Below, one piece after another: positions 1-12,518 of a DNA stretch of 64,000 bases (positions are counted from its first letter, which is position 1; every line of letters begins with the position of its first letter). Origin of the DNA: Armatimonadota bacterium (GTDB lineage Bacteria > Armatimonadota > HRBIN16); contig OY781964.1 of the NCBI GenBank assembly GCA_963677485.1, forward strand, positions 864,001 to 928,000, given 5' to 3'. The notes beneath the pieces were generated by a model. It ran no database searches. It was not told where the DNA came from and was given only the letters and a program-made list of their open reading frames with translations. Position numbers and translations under genes: made by a program.

Positions 1-983
1 TCGACGTGAGCGGCAAACAATACCGCCGATTAGGGTTGTTCTGCTTGCTTCAGTTGGCCGAGTATTCTGAGGGTGTCGTGTTCCCGCATGAAAACACCCA
101 GAGCGGTGCCAAAGCCGACAGGCTGGAGCTGCAGAAGGCCACCAAAGCCAATCTGGAGCCCATCTACCTGCTGGGTGAAGATGCGCAAGGCGAACTGCAG
201 TCGCTGCTGGAGAAATGGGCCGACCAACTGTCGCCCATCGCCGCCACACAGCAGCCCGATGGCTGGCACAAGCTGAGCATCATCAACGATCCGGAGAAGG
301 TGGCCTTGGTCACTAAGGTGGTGGGCCCACAGAGGCTTTGGATCGCCGATGGTCACCATCGCTACGAGACCGCCTTGAACTACCGCCGTGAAGTGGGCGG
401 AGCCAGCACAGAAAACATGATGCTGGTCATCAGCTCCTTCAAGGACCCCGGTTTGGTGATCATGCCGACCCACAGGCTGATTGAAGCGGTGCCGGCTGGT
501 AGTTACGAGAAGATGCTGACCGAATTGGCGGGCAACTTCAACGTGGCCACCTGCACGGCAGACGATGCCTGGGAGAAGCTCAACGCGATTGAGGGCAACC
601 GCTGCTTTGCCTATGTGGGCAAAGATGGCCGCGCCTTCACCGCTGACTTAAAAGCTGAGGCCGGCCTCACGACAATCATGCCCGAAGACACCCCTGTGGA
701 CTTCCACAAGCTGGACACCGCTCTGCTGCAGTTCTGCGCTTTGCAGCCGCTGCTAGGCATATCGGAAGAGCAGTTACGCCAGAAGAAGGGCATCCACTAC
801 ACCCCGAAGGCCTCCGAGGCTCTAGATTCGTTGAAGAACGGCGAAGCCGAGGGTGTATTCCTGCTGAAGGGCATTTCGGTGGAGCAGATGCGGCTGGTCG
901 CTTTGGCCGGCTGTAAGATGCCGCCGAAGTCCACCTACTTCTACCCCAAGCTCATCAGCGGCATCGTGTTCCGTCAGATATAG
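1..983 (+). CDS. DUF1015 family protein (5' end probably outside window)
   Basis: Motifs PHENT, KADRLEL, IADGHHRYETAL, IMPTHR and C-terminal MPPKSTYFYPKLISG typical of DUF1015; the frame is open from the window edge. Confidence 0.85.
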   Translation, partial: DVSGKQYRRLGLFCLLQLAEYSEGVVFPHENTQSGAKADRLELQKATKANLEPIYLLGEDAQGELQSLLEKWADQLSPIAATQQPDGWHKLSIINDPEKVALVTKVVGPQRLWIADGHHRYETALNYRREVGGASTENMMLVISSFKDPGLVIMPTHRLIEAVPAGSYEKMLTELAGNFNVATCTADDAWEKLNAIEGNRCFAYVGKDGRAFTADLKAEAGLTTIMPEDTPVDFHKLDTALLQFCALQPLLGISEEQLRQKKGIHYTPKASEALDSLKNGEAEGVFLLKGISVEQMRLVALAGCKMPPKSTYFYPKLISGIVFRQI

Positions 984-1020
984 CGCTGTTTGGCTGTAAA
1001 AGCCGCGTACAGCATCACCG

Positions 1021-1059
1021 CAGTCCCCTGGCCGTTTCCGGCCAGGGGGCTGTTGTTTT
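1021..1059 (+). terminator. Rho-independent terminator
   Basis: CAGTCCCCTGGCCG-TTTC-CGGCCAGGGGGCTG hairpin followed by TTGTTTT, 38 nt after the DUF1015 stop. Confidence 0.8.
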
Positions 1060-1099
1060 CTGGTGAGATAGGAGAACAGGAGCAAAGGAGGGGCTGCCA

Positions 1100-1174
1100 T
1101 CCTACTCGTCCTACTCGTCCTAGCTGTCCTGTGCTGCAAGGTTGTCTCACGCGAAGCTGCGAAGAGCGCGAAGG
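1100..1174. repeat. Short tandem repeat cluster: (TCCTACTCG)n and CGCGAAG-type repeat
   Basis: TCCTACTCG-TCCTACTCG-TCCTAGCTG-TCCT at 1100-1130; TCTCACGCGAAG-CTGCGAAG-AGCGCGAAGG at 1145-1174, with a second copy at 39530. Confidence 0.65.
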
Positions 1175-2638
1175 CTATTCCGCCTTCATGCACCGGAAGC
1201 CCACGTGGGAATTTCGGTCATAGCCAATGCTGAGGCTCATTCGCAGATAACTGCGCAGGTAGTTGTCGTTGTTGGCGTCGTCCCACGCCCCTCCGCGTAT
1301 GACACCATAATCACCGTTCACAGCACCCGGAGGGTTGATATTGGGTGCCGATTGGTAGTAAGTCGCATCCCATCCATCCGAAACCCATTCATCCACGTTG
1401 CCTGCCATGTCCATGCACCCGTAGGGGCTGGCGCCATCGGCGAAACTACCCACTGGCTCAGGGCTGATGAGTGCGGTCACAAAGCTGTTCGCGCATTTCG
1501 ATGCGTCCCATGTGTTACCCCATGGAAACACGCGTCCGTCGGTGCCTCTAGCCGCTTTTTCCCACTGGGCCTCCGTGGGAAGGGCACCCCCAGCCCACGC
1601 ACAATAAGCGGCGGCGTCCGCTTTACCCACATACACGATCGGGTAGTCATCGACCCATCCCCAAACTGGCTTAGTCGGTATCCCATGACCAGTTGCGGTA
1701 CAGAACTGGCGATACTGGGCCACAGTGACCTCATTCTTGTAGATCCAGAACCCATCAATCGCAACCGACCTCAGGGGTTTTTCGTTCGCCATACCGGTGG
1801 CATTAGTTCCCATTAGGAACGAGCCAGCGGGCACCCACACCATTGCTGCGCCGTCGGTGGGGTTGAGTTTAGTCACGGGTTGTGGGCCGATGTCACCCAA
1901 GGCTCCAAAGGTGCGGTCGACCATCGTGTAGTCGAACAAGTTGACCTGTCCATCACCGTTGAGATCAGCCATCCTGTCTGCCGTACCCCACTTGGTATCG
2001 AGCACCACAAAGTCAAACAGGTTGATACTGTTTCCGCCATCCGCATCGCCGTTGGTTAATGAGGTGTTGACACCGCCCACGCCATCCACAGTGACATCCT
2101 TAACGATTCTGTTTAGCCAGTGACTGCCAAAAAGGCTGAACGCATAACTTCCTGGCTGTATCCCGTTGACAGTCGATTCACCGCTGTCGTTGAGGATCGA
2201 CTGTCCTGTGTAAGGTTGGGGACCATCCAGGCTGTAGTTCACCGAGATGCCACTCAGGCTCCCCAGATATCCAACACCTGGGTCGACCTTAACACTCAGT
2301 GAGGAGAGCTCATAAACCGTAAAGTCCGTCTCGCTTGTCGCCTCTCCATCGGGAGTGGTGACAGTCACCTTTCCCGTGACAGCCCCTACTGGCACCGTCG
2401 CTGTGATGTAGTTGTCATTGATGACGGTGAAGGCTGCTGTATGGCCGCTATAAGCCACAGCCGTGGCCGATGATAGGCCGCTGCCCATGATGGTGATGGT
2501 ATGCCCTACCTGACCGCTGGCTGGCGTTAGGCTGACGATAACGGGTAGTAGACTACCGGAATACGCAGGATATGCTAATGTAAGACAGATCAGCAATATA
2601 CCCCACACGCGTGACACCTTACCGATTGATCTTCGCAT
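1175..2638 (-). CDS. Secreted FGE-sulfatase (SUMF1/C-type lectin fold) domain protein with IPT/TIG and dockerin-like domains
   Basis: Signal peptide; IPT repeat (ITATVPVGAVTGKVTVTT); paired EF-hand-like GDADGGNSINLFD/ADLNGDGQVNLFD; LPTEAQWEKAARG, DMAGNVDEW, RGGAW and GFRC motifs. Confidence 0.85.
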   Translation of the reverse strand: MRRSIGKVSRVWGILLICLTLAYPAYSGSLLPVIVSLTPASGQVGHTITIMGSGLSSATAVAYSGHTAAFTVINDNYITATVPVGAVTGKVTVTTPDGEATSETDFTVYELSSLSVKVDPGVGYLGSLSGISVNYSLDGPQPYTGQSILNDSGESTVNGIQPGSYAFSLFGSHWLNRIVKDVTVDGVGGVNTSLTNGDADGGNSINLFDFVVLDTKWGTADRMADLNGDGQVNLFDYTMVDRTFGALGDIGPQPVTKLNPTDGAAMVWVPAGSFLMGTNATGMANEKPLRSVAIDGFWIYKNEVTVAQYRQFCTATGHGIPTKPVWGWVDDYPIVYVGKADAAAYCAWAGGALPTEAQWEKAARGTDGRVFPWGNTWDASKCANSFVTALISPEPVGSFADGASPYGCMDMAGNVDEWVSDGWDATYYQSAPNINPPGAVNGDYGVIRGGAWDDANNDNYLRSYLRMSLSIGYDRNSHVGFRCMKAE

Positions 2639-2787
2639 CTGAACACTCCCTCATGGGTTGGCCCATGGCACTCTATTCAGGTCACCGGTGGTTCACACGC
2701 GCTATCCTGGGTGAACCGTTAATCACATTATGCGCGTTCACATCGGATACCACAACCACTGACGGTGCTTTCGGGTGAGGCGTTGAT

Positions 2788-2930
2788 ATTCCTGTGCATT
2801 CGTGGTTAAGGTGGCCTTAGTCTGAACCACGGATTACGCGGATTGGGAGGATGACACGGATGGGAAGCAGAGGGCCAATCGGGAGATTGGCGTTCCCAGG
2901 GCAGATAAGGGGCGACCGGTTGGTCGCCCC
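2788..2930. repeat. Composite intergenic repeat block, copy A
   Basis: GTCTGAACCACGGATTACGCGGAT (2820-2843) and GCCAATCGGGAGATTGGCGTTCCCAGG (2874-2900) are identical to 36161-36184 and 36217-36243; GGGGCGACC-GGTT-GGTCGCCCC hairpin at 2909-2930. Confidence 0.85.
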
Positions 2931-2951
2931 GCATGGCAAGGCGTGCCTTGT

Positions 2952-6101
<3,150 letters not shown>

Positions 6102-6120
6102 TTAATAACACTATATATTG

Positions 6121-7782
6121 TTACGACAGACCGGTGATAATCCCCTGCCCATCAATGTCGATTTTCTCAGCAGATGGTATAGTAGGCAGGCCAGGCATAG
6201 TCATGATGTCTCCGGCATAAACCACTACAAACCCCGCCCCAGCGCATAGTTTCGCATCCCGGATGGTGATTTTGAAGCCGCTGGGTCGATTCGTCAGTTT
6301 GGCATTGTCAGACAAGGAGTATTGCGTTTTTGCGATGCAGACCGGCAGATTCCCAAAACCACTCTGCTCCATCTCGCGAAGCTTCTTGCGTGCCGAGGGG
6401 TGTACCACAGCACCTTCAGCTCCATAAAAGTTCATGGCAATACTTTCAATCTTCTCTTCTAGACCAAGATGCTCACTATAGCTGTGATGGAACTGGCTGG
6501 GCTGCTGTAACTGCTCCATGACCAGCGTTGCGAGCTCGATACCGCCTTCGCCGCCCTTTTCCCAAACCTCACTCAGGGCCACCGCTACGCCCATCTTCTT
6601 GCAGCCTGATTTGACCGCACGCACCTCTTCGTCAGTATCTGAAGGGAAGCGGTTGATCGCCACTACGGGCTCAAGGCCCACACAACGCACATTTTCGCAG
6701 TGCTTCTTCAGGTTAGCCAGTCCACGTATCACGGCTTTGCTGTCACTCGTCAGCAAGTCGGCATGTGCCACACCACCGTGCATCTTGAGCGCGCGGATGG
6801 TGGCCACCACAACCACGGCGTCGGGTTTCAGTTTTGCGACTCGGCATTTAATATCAAAAAACTTCTCTGCACCAAGGTCGCTTCCGAAACCAGCTTCAGT
6901 CACCACGACATCACAGAGGTTCAAGGCCATTTTTGTGGCGGTGATGCTGTTGCAGCCATGAGCGATATTCCCAAATGGCCCGCCGTGTATGAAAGCCGGC
7001 GTTCCTTCCAATGTCTGCACAAGGTTCGGCTTGATGGCATCCTTAAGCAGCACTGCCATGGCACCGGCGGCTCCCAGTTGCTCAGCGGTGACCACATGCC
7101 CATTTTGGTTTCGTCCGATGATGATGCGCCCCAGACGTGCTCTCAGATCTTGAAGATCGGCTGCGAGACACAAGGTGGCCATCACTTCGCTGGCTGGGGT
7201 GATATCGAACCCAGCTTCACGCGGCACGCCGTTGTTCTGTCCGCCCAATCCCACGACGATACTGCGCAGTGCGCGGTCATTCATGTCCATGACCCTGGTC
7301 CAGCTGATGCGGAAGGGGTCGATATGCAGGTGGTTGCCATGATGAAGGTGGTTATCAATCATCGCGGCCAGCAGATTATGCGCGGTGGTGATGGCATGGA
7401 AGTCACCGGTGAAGTGCAGGTTGATGTCCTCCATCGGGATCACCTGCGCGTAACCACCTCCCGCCGCCCCGCCTTTGACGCCAAAACAAGGACCTAATGA
7501 TGGTTCACGAAGTGCGATTCCCACATTCACACCCAGTTTCGCGAGTGCATCTCCCAACCCCACTGAAGTGGTGGTCTTCCCCTCACCTGCGGGTGTGGGC
7601 GTGATAGCGGTCACCAGCACCAGCTTACCCGGTTCCCTCTGGTTATTGGCAGCCTCCAAGGCCACTTTCGCTTTGGTGTGCCCGTATCGCTCAAGATGCT
7701 CATCTGCGATACCAAGCTTTTCGGCTACTTCATGAATAGGGATAGGTCGTGCCTTTTGGGCTATCTCAACGTCTGTCAGCAT
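6121..7782 (-). CDS. fhs: Formate--tetrahydrofolate ligase
   Basis: [33 protein letters not shown] and [15 protein letters not shown] signatures. Confidence 0.97.
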   Translation of the reverse strand: MLTDVEIAQKARPIPIHEVAEKLGIADEHLERYGHTKAKVALEAANNQREPGKLVLVTAITPTPAGEGKTTTSVGLGDALAKLGVNVGIALREPSLGPCFGVKGGAAGGGYAQVIPMEDINLHFTGDFHAITTAHNLLAAMIDNHLHHGNHLHIDPFRISWTRVMDMNDRALRSIVVGLGGQNNGVPREAGFDITPASEVMATLCLAADLQDLRARLGRIIIGRNQNGHVVTAEQLGAAGAMAVLLKDAIKPNLVQTLEGTPAFIHGGPFGNIAHGCNSITATKMALNLCDVVVTEAGFGSDLGAEKFFDIKCRVAKLKPDAVVVVATIRALKMHGGVAHADLLTSDSKAVIRGLANLKKHCENVRCVGLEPVVAINRFPSDTDEEVRAVKSGCKKMGVAVALSEVWEKGGEGGIELATLVMEQLQQPSQFHHSYSEHLGLEEKIESIAMNFYGAEGAVVHPSARKKLREMEQSGFGNLPVCIAKTQYSLSDNAKLTNRPSGFKITIRDAKLCAGAGFVVVYAGDIMTMPGLPTIPSAEKIDIDGQGIITGLS

Positions 7783-7822
7783 ATTATGTCCTTGTATCTG
7801 TGATGGTGGTCAACAATATAGT

Positions 7823-8971
7823 TTATACGCTATCGAGCGCGGTCAGAAGGTCTTCCAGCAGGTCATCAACATCCTCGATGCCCACGGACAGTCGAACCAA
7901 ACCCGGCTCCGCCCCTGCGGCCATCCGAGCTGCTTCATCCATCGGCCGGTGTGATGACGATGGAGGATATCCAATCAGCGACTCCACTCCGCCCAGGCTC
8001 ACGGCCAGGCTGAATAGTTTGGTCGATTCTACGAACTTCCTGGCTTCCGCGGCTCCGCCCTTCATCACCACAGAAAACATACCGCCATACCCGCCTGTCA
8101 TCTGCCGTGATGCCAGTTCATGTCCGGGGTGTTCAGGAAGGCCTGGATACAAGACCCTCTCAATCTTGGGATGGCCGACCAGTGCCTGTGCGACCTGCAT
8201 CGCGTTTTCGCAGTGCGCCTTCATTCTGACCTTGAGTGTTCGAATGCCTCGAAGTACCAGCCAGCTATCAAAAGGCCCCGCAACGTTACCCGTCACCACC
8301 TGATGATGGTATATTTTGTGTGCAATGGCCTTATCATTGGCAATGACGGCCCCTAATATCACATCGCTATGCCCGCCAAGGTATTTTGTGCAACTGTGCA
8401 TCACGATATCCACGCCCATATTCAACGGGTTCTGCAGATAAGGTGAGGCGAAAGTGTTGTCAGCGGCCACCAGTGCGCCGTATTGATGCGCCAGATCACA
8501 AACAGCTTTTATGTCTATGATGGTGAGAGAGGGGTTGGATGGTGTTTCAATCCAAAGAAGACGCGCACCCAGCTTGAGGGATGCCTCCAGTAGTTCATGG
8601 TCGGTGCAGTCTACAAAATCAACTGTGACGCCTCTTGAGGGAAGTATAGTGGTGAAATACTCATAGGCTCCGCCATACACAGCATTCGCACAAACCAGAC
8701 GGTCGCCACACGACAGCACCGCACAAGCGGCGTCCACAGCCGCCATTCCGCTGGCGAAGGCGTAGGCATACTCTCCACACTCGATTACGGCGAGAGAGAC
8801 TTCCAGGGCATTACGTGTGGGGTTCCCTCCCCTGCCGTAGAACCATTGGCCTACAGGATGTCCCACTGAAGTCTGCTCAAAGGTAGAGGCCTGGTAAATG
8901 GGCACAGACAAAGCACCGAAAGCTGGATCAGGCTCGCATCCGGCGTGTACGATAGAAGTGGCTTTTCTCAT
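7823..8971 (-). CDS. Cystathionine gamma-synthase/lyase family PLP enzyme (Cys/Met metabolism)
   Basis: YGRGGNPT, ASGMAA, ETPSNP, DNTFASP, HSCTKYLGGHSD (PLP lysine) and SLGGVESL motifs; specificity (metB/metC/mgl) cannot be resolved. Confidence 0.9.
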   Translation of the reverse strand: MRKATSIVHAGCEPDPAFGALSVPIYQASTFEQTSVGHPVGQWFYGRGGNPTRNALEVSLAVIECGEYAYAFASGMAAVDAACAVLSCGDRLVCANAVYGGAYEYFTTILPSRGVTVDFVDCTDHELLEASLKLGARLLWIETPSNPSLTIIDIKAVCDLAHQYGALVAADNTFASPYLQNPLNMGVDIVMHSCTKYLGGHSDVILGAVIANDKAIAHKIYHHQVVTGNVAGPFDSWLVLRGIRTLKVRMKAHCENAMQVAQALVGHPKIERVLYPGLPEHPGHELASRQMTGGYGGMFSVVMKGGAAEARKFVESTKLFSLAVSLGGVESLIGYPPSSSHRPMDEAARMAAGAEPGLVRLSVGIEDVDDLLEDLLTALDSV

Positions 8972-9002
8972 ATCGTTCTTTCCTATATATAAAATGGCAA
9001 GA

Positions 9003-9030
9003 GGGGGGCCGGAAATACATCCGACCCCCC
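9003..9030 (-). terminator. Probable terminator ending the ribosomal protein cluster
   Basis: GGGGGGTCGGA-TGTATT-TCCGGCCCCCC hairpin on the minus strand just after the rpsI stop, followed by a pyrimidine-rich tail. Confidence 0.65.
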
Positions 9031-9052
9031 TGTGAATTCCGCAGAACGGAAT

Positions 9053-9445
9053 TTAGCGCTTCGACCACTGGAAGGCGCGTCGAGCACGCTTGCGGCCGTA
9101 CTTCTTACGTTCCTTCACGCGGCTATCGCGCGTCACCATACCGCTGCGTCTCAGCGCGGTGTGCAGATCAGGATTGGCGAGGGTTAGAGCGCGGCTGATG
9201 CCGTGCCTAAGGGCTCCGGCATGACCGGAAATCCCGCCGCCGGTTGTGGTTGCCCATACATCGAACTGACCGGTTGTTCCGGTAAGCACGAAGGGCTGCA
9301 TCACCAGCATCTCAAGGGTTTTACGCCCTACATAAGATGCAAGCTCGTGTCCGTTCACTTTGACATTACCGTTACCGGGTGTCAGCCATACACGCGCCAC
9401 TGCCGTTTTACGTCGGCCGGTGGCATAATATTTCACTTGAGCCAT
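9053..9445 (-). CDS. rpsI: 30S ribosomal protein S9
   Basis: [12 protein letters not shown] and KERKKYG...QWSKR. Confidence 0.98.
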   Translation of the reverse strand: MAQVKYYATGRRKTAVARVWLTPGNGNVKVNGHELASYVGRKTLEMLVMQPFVLTGTTGQFDVWATTTGGGISGHAGALRHGISRALTLANPDLHTALRRSGMVTRDSRVKERKKYGRKRARRAFQWSKR

Positions 9446-9460
9446 TCAGCTATACCTCTT

Positions 9461-9910
9461 CTACTTGACCAGTTCCAGCACTTTGGGCTGTTGGGCCTGG
9501 TGCGGGTGAGTATCGCCAGCATAGACCTTCAGCTTACAAAGCATGTCGGCACCAATTTTATTATGAGGGAGCATACCCTTTACTACACGCATGAATGCCT
9601 TTTCGGGCTTCTTCGCAATCTCTTCAGAACGAGAGATTGACTTGATGCCACCAGGCCACAGAGTGTGGTGGTAAACTTTCTCACTGCCTTTGGTTCCGGT
9701 CAAACGAACCTTGTCAGCATTGATGATAATCACGAAGTCTCCGCAGTCCAAGTGCGGTACAAAGTAGGGCTTGTTCTTACCCCGAAGGATAGCAGCCACA
9801 GCCGATGCCAGACGACCCATTGGGATGTTGGCGGCGTCTACGACGTACCATTCCCTTTGAATGTCTGAAGGCTTGGTCGAAAAGGTCTTCATATTCAGCA
9901 TATTCTGCAC
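9461..9910 (-). CDS. rplM: 50S ribosomal protein L13 (start may be 9901 or 9892)
   Basis: WYVVDA, GRLAS, LRGKNKP, PHLDCGD and HPHQAQQP. Confidence 0.97.
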   Translation of the reverse strand: MQNMLNMKTFSTKPSDIQREWYVVDAANIPMGRLASAVAAILRGKNKPYFVPHLDCGDFVIIINADKVRLTGTKGSEKVYHHTLWPGGIKSISRSEEIAKKPEKAFMRVVKGMLPHNKIGADMLCKLKVYAGDTHPHQAQQPKVLELVK

Positions 9911-9939
9911 TCGTCCTCAGCTTGTTTCCTGATCCATTG

Positions 9940-10707
9940 TTATATGGCCACGCCACGGTTACCAGGGTAGTTCACCCTGTAGAGACACAGCCCCTTGGCT
10001 GGCACGCAATCACCTGCATCATCCCGGCATCCACTATTTAGGAGTTGCTTGATCTGTTCAGGGTGTTGTTTACCAATCCCTACTTGAATCAAGGTTCCCA
10101 TGATCGCCCGGATCATACCTTGAAGGAAGCCGTTCGCCTCAATTCTGAGGTAAACCCAGTCTCCCTTTTTTCTAACTCGGGCCGACATTACCTGCCGGAC
10201 CGTGCTGTGGTAGCGTTCCACGTTACTAGCAAAACACTTAAAGTCGTGTTTTCCCACCAACTCATGGGCCGCCTCGTTCATCGCCACGGCATTTAGCCTG
10301 TGCCCCACGCGGTAACTGTATCTTTCAAGAAGTGCATTCCGGACGGGCCGGTTAAGCACTACGTAATAATACACCCGCGATCGGGCTGCGAACCGTGCGT
10401 GAAACTCTTGTTCCACTTCTGTGGCTTGCACCACGGAAATATCTCTCGGTAGAGCTGTATTGATCGCCAGCGGAATTCGATCCACCGGTATCGGACACTC
10501 TATTCGGAACTGGATGACCTGTCCCAGAGCATGAGCCCCGGCGTCCGTCCTGCTTGCACCGGTGATCCCGGTACACCTACCAAATACCTTGGTAATGGCC
10601 ATTTCAAGACAGGCTTGAATTGATGGCCCGTTGACCTGCCTCTGGAAACCGCAGTATTCCGTACCATCATATTGTACGACAGCAAGTATACTGCGAGTTT
10701 CAGACAA
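9940..10707 (-). CDS. truA: tRNA pseudouridine(38-40) synthase
   Basis: YDGTEYCGFQRQ, ASRTDAGAHALGQ, FHARF and ANGFLQGMIR; TTG start at 10707 inferred to avoid overlap with rplQ. Confidence 0.93.
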   Translation of the reverse strand: MSETRSILAVVQYDGTEYCGFQRQVNGPSIQACLEMAITKVFGRCTGITGASRTDAGAHALGQVIQFRIECPIPVDRIPLAINTALPRDISVVQATEVEQEFHARFAARSRVYYYVVLNRPVRNALLERYSYRVGHRLNAVAMNEAAHELVGKHDFKCFASNVERYHSTVRQVMSARVRKKGDWVYLRIEANGFLQGMIRAIMGTLIQVGIGKQHPEQIKQLLNSGCRDDAGDCVPAKGLCLYRVNYPGNRGVAI

Positions 10708-10715
10708 GCGGCTTT

Positions 10716-11069
10716 CTACTGGAGAAGCTCCAGCCAAGCCATTTGAGCATTATCACCGCGACGGGTGCCCAGTCGAACGATGCGGGTATATCCGCCGTTC
10801 CGGCTGGCAAAGCGCGGAGCAATTTCATTGAACACACGGTTCACAAGGGTCTCATCGCGCAGAACGCGGCGAGCCAGCCTTTTGCTGTGAAGGTCGTTAC
10901 GCTTGGCAAGAGTAATAATCTTCTCAGCCATCGGGCTAACTTCCTTAGCGCGGCATACTGTTGTGCGGATCCCCTCATGCTCGAAAAGGGCCTTCACTAA
11001 ACCATGAAGTAATGCCCGACGCTGATCGCTGGGTAGACCCAGTTTTCGCTGTGCTACTAGATGTCGCAT
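10716..11069 (-). CDS. rplQ: 50S ribosomal protein L17
   Basis: MRHLVAQRKLG, EKIITLAK and RNGGYTRI. Confidence 0.97.
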   Translation of the reverse strand: MRHLVAQRKLGLPSDQRRALLHGLVKALFEHEGIRTTVCRAKEVSPMAEKIITLAKRNDLHSKRLARRVLRDETLVNRVFNEIAPRFASRNGGYTRIVRLGTRRGDNAQMAWLELLQ

Positions 11070-11124
11070 GTTTCTCTAAACCTCGATAGCTATCTCAGGC
11101 GGAGTATAGGCTCCGCTAATGTGT

Positions 11125-12405
11125 CTATTCAGCAGCCGGTATTTCGTCGGCCTCTTCTGGTGCATCTGTGGAGTGATCCTCACTGCCATCCATGACAGCA
11201 GATGGGATACCCGCCACTTTGATGTCTTCGCGATCTTCACCGCTTAAAGTCCAGTTGAATTGCTTCAGTGCTTTTCGGATCATCTGCAGGGTCTCTTCAT
11301 CCATCTGAAGATCCTCAGCAGACTTCTGAACAAGTGACCTTAAGTTCGTAAATCCTAACCCTTGCAGGGCATTCTTCACAGACTCGTCAACATCAAGATC
11401 AGAAATTGGCTTCTTCAACGCTTCCACCAGTTTGAGGTCGGATTCCGAAGGATCCTTCAACATCAGTGGAGTATCGACTAAAGCCAGTTGCCGTTTGACT
11501 TCCCGCAGGCTCTTCTGTCCGAAGTTTCGGATGCCCAGCAAGCCGGAATCAGATTGGTCTACCAGGATGCTCAGCATACTGACGCTGGCTTTGTTTAGGC
11601 AGTTCAGCGTTCGCTGTGAAAAGCCCAAATCCTGAACAGCACGATCATCAACACCATCAGGAAGCTGACTTCCTTCGCCAATCTGCGGTAAACCCTCTTC
11701 ATGAGCGGTGCAGAACGGATCGATGAACTTGCGCATTATCAATGCAGCCTGCCGTAAGGCATCCTGCGGAAGTATGGTTCCGTTGGTGGTTATTTCCAAT
11801 GTCAGACGCTCTAAGTCTGTTCGGAAACCCACACGCGTAGATTCTACGATGTGGTTCACTTTTCGGACTGGAGAGAAGTATCCGCCTATGGGTATAACTC
11901 CGATGGTGTTCTGCCTGTTACCAGGGAGCACAACCTTGTCAGGAGCAACGTAAGCCGTTCCCATTTGAACGAACAGCTCCATACTTAAGGAGGTCTGCTC
12001 GTCGTTAAGAGTAGCCAGATAGACTTCCGGGTTGACTATTTCCACATCAGCCGGGCATTGAATGTCAGCAGCGGTCACGATGCCAGGTCCGTTCTTCACC
12101 AGTCGCAAGGTGATAGCCTCGCTGGGGTCAAGCTCGGAAAGACAGTGAACCGCGATGTCCTTCAGGTTCAGAATCAACTGAGTAGCGTCTTCACGAACAC
12201 CAGGTATAGTGGCGAACTCGTGTTGGATCCCGTCTAAAAGAATAGCTGTGATGGCCGCCCCAGGAACGCTGGAAAGAAGTATCCGACGGAGGGCGTTACC
12301 GACCGTGGTCCCGTATCCACGAAGAAGGGGGTTAACCACGAACTTTCCGTAGGTGGCTTCCGATACGATATGTTCAATGCGAAAATTCGCAGGTGTTTGA
12401 GCCAT
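11125..12405 (-). CDS. rpoA: RNA polymerase alpha subunit with an extra C-terminal domain (426 aa)
   Basis: PLLRGYGTTVGNALRRILLSS, HEFATIPGVRED and RNFGQKSLREV; canonical position between rpsD and rplQ. Confidence 0.95.
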   Translation of the reverse strand: MAQTPANFRIEHIVSEATYGKFVVNPLLRGYGTTVGNALRRILLSSVPGAAITAILLDGIQHEFATIPGVREDATQLILNLKDIAVHCLSELDPSEAITLRLVKNGPGIVTAADIQCPADVEIVNPEVYLATLNDEQTSLSMELFVQMGTAYVAPDKVVLPGNRQNTIGVIPIGGYFSPVRKVNHIVESTRVGFRTDLERLTLEITTNGTILPQDALRQAALIMRKFIDPFCTAHEEGLPQIGEGSQLPDGVDDRAVQDLGFSQRTLNCLNKASVSMLSILVDQSDSGLLGIRNFGQKSLREVKRQLALVDTPLMLKDPSESDLKLVEALKKPISDLDVDESVKNALQGLGFTNLRSLVQKSAEDLQMDEETLQMIRKALKQFNWTLSGEDREDIKVAGIPSAVMDGSEDHSTDAPEEADEIPAAE

Positions 12406-12518
12406 TGTGCGGGTGTCGCCTCCTCAGGCCATACCGGTTGTCTTCTTGCGAAGATAACCGGATGATCTCAATTTCCATCGGCCAGCGCATTCTTATACTG
12501 GCCGAGTATGATTTGCTA

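Noticed and set aside
2820-2900. Repeats as a CRISPR array
   Set aside because: Two different repeat units with no regular repeat-spacer periodicity, and no cas genes in the window
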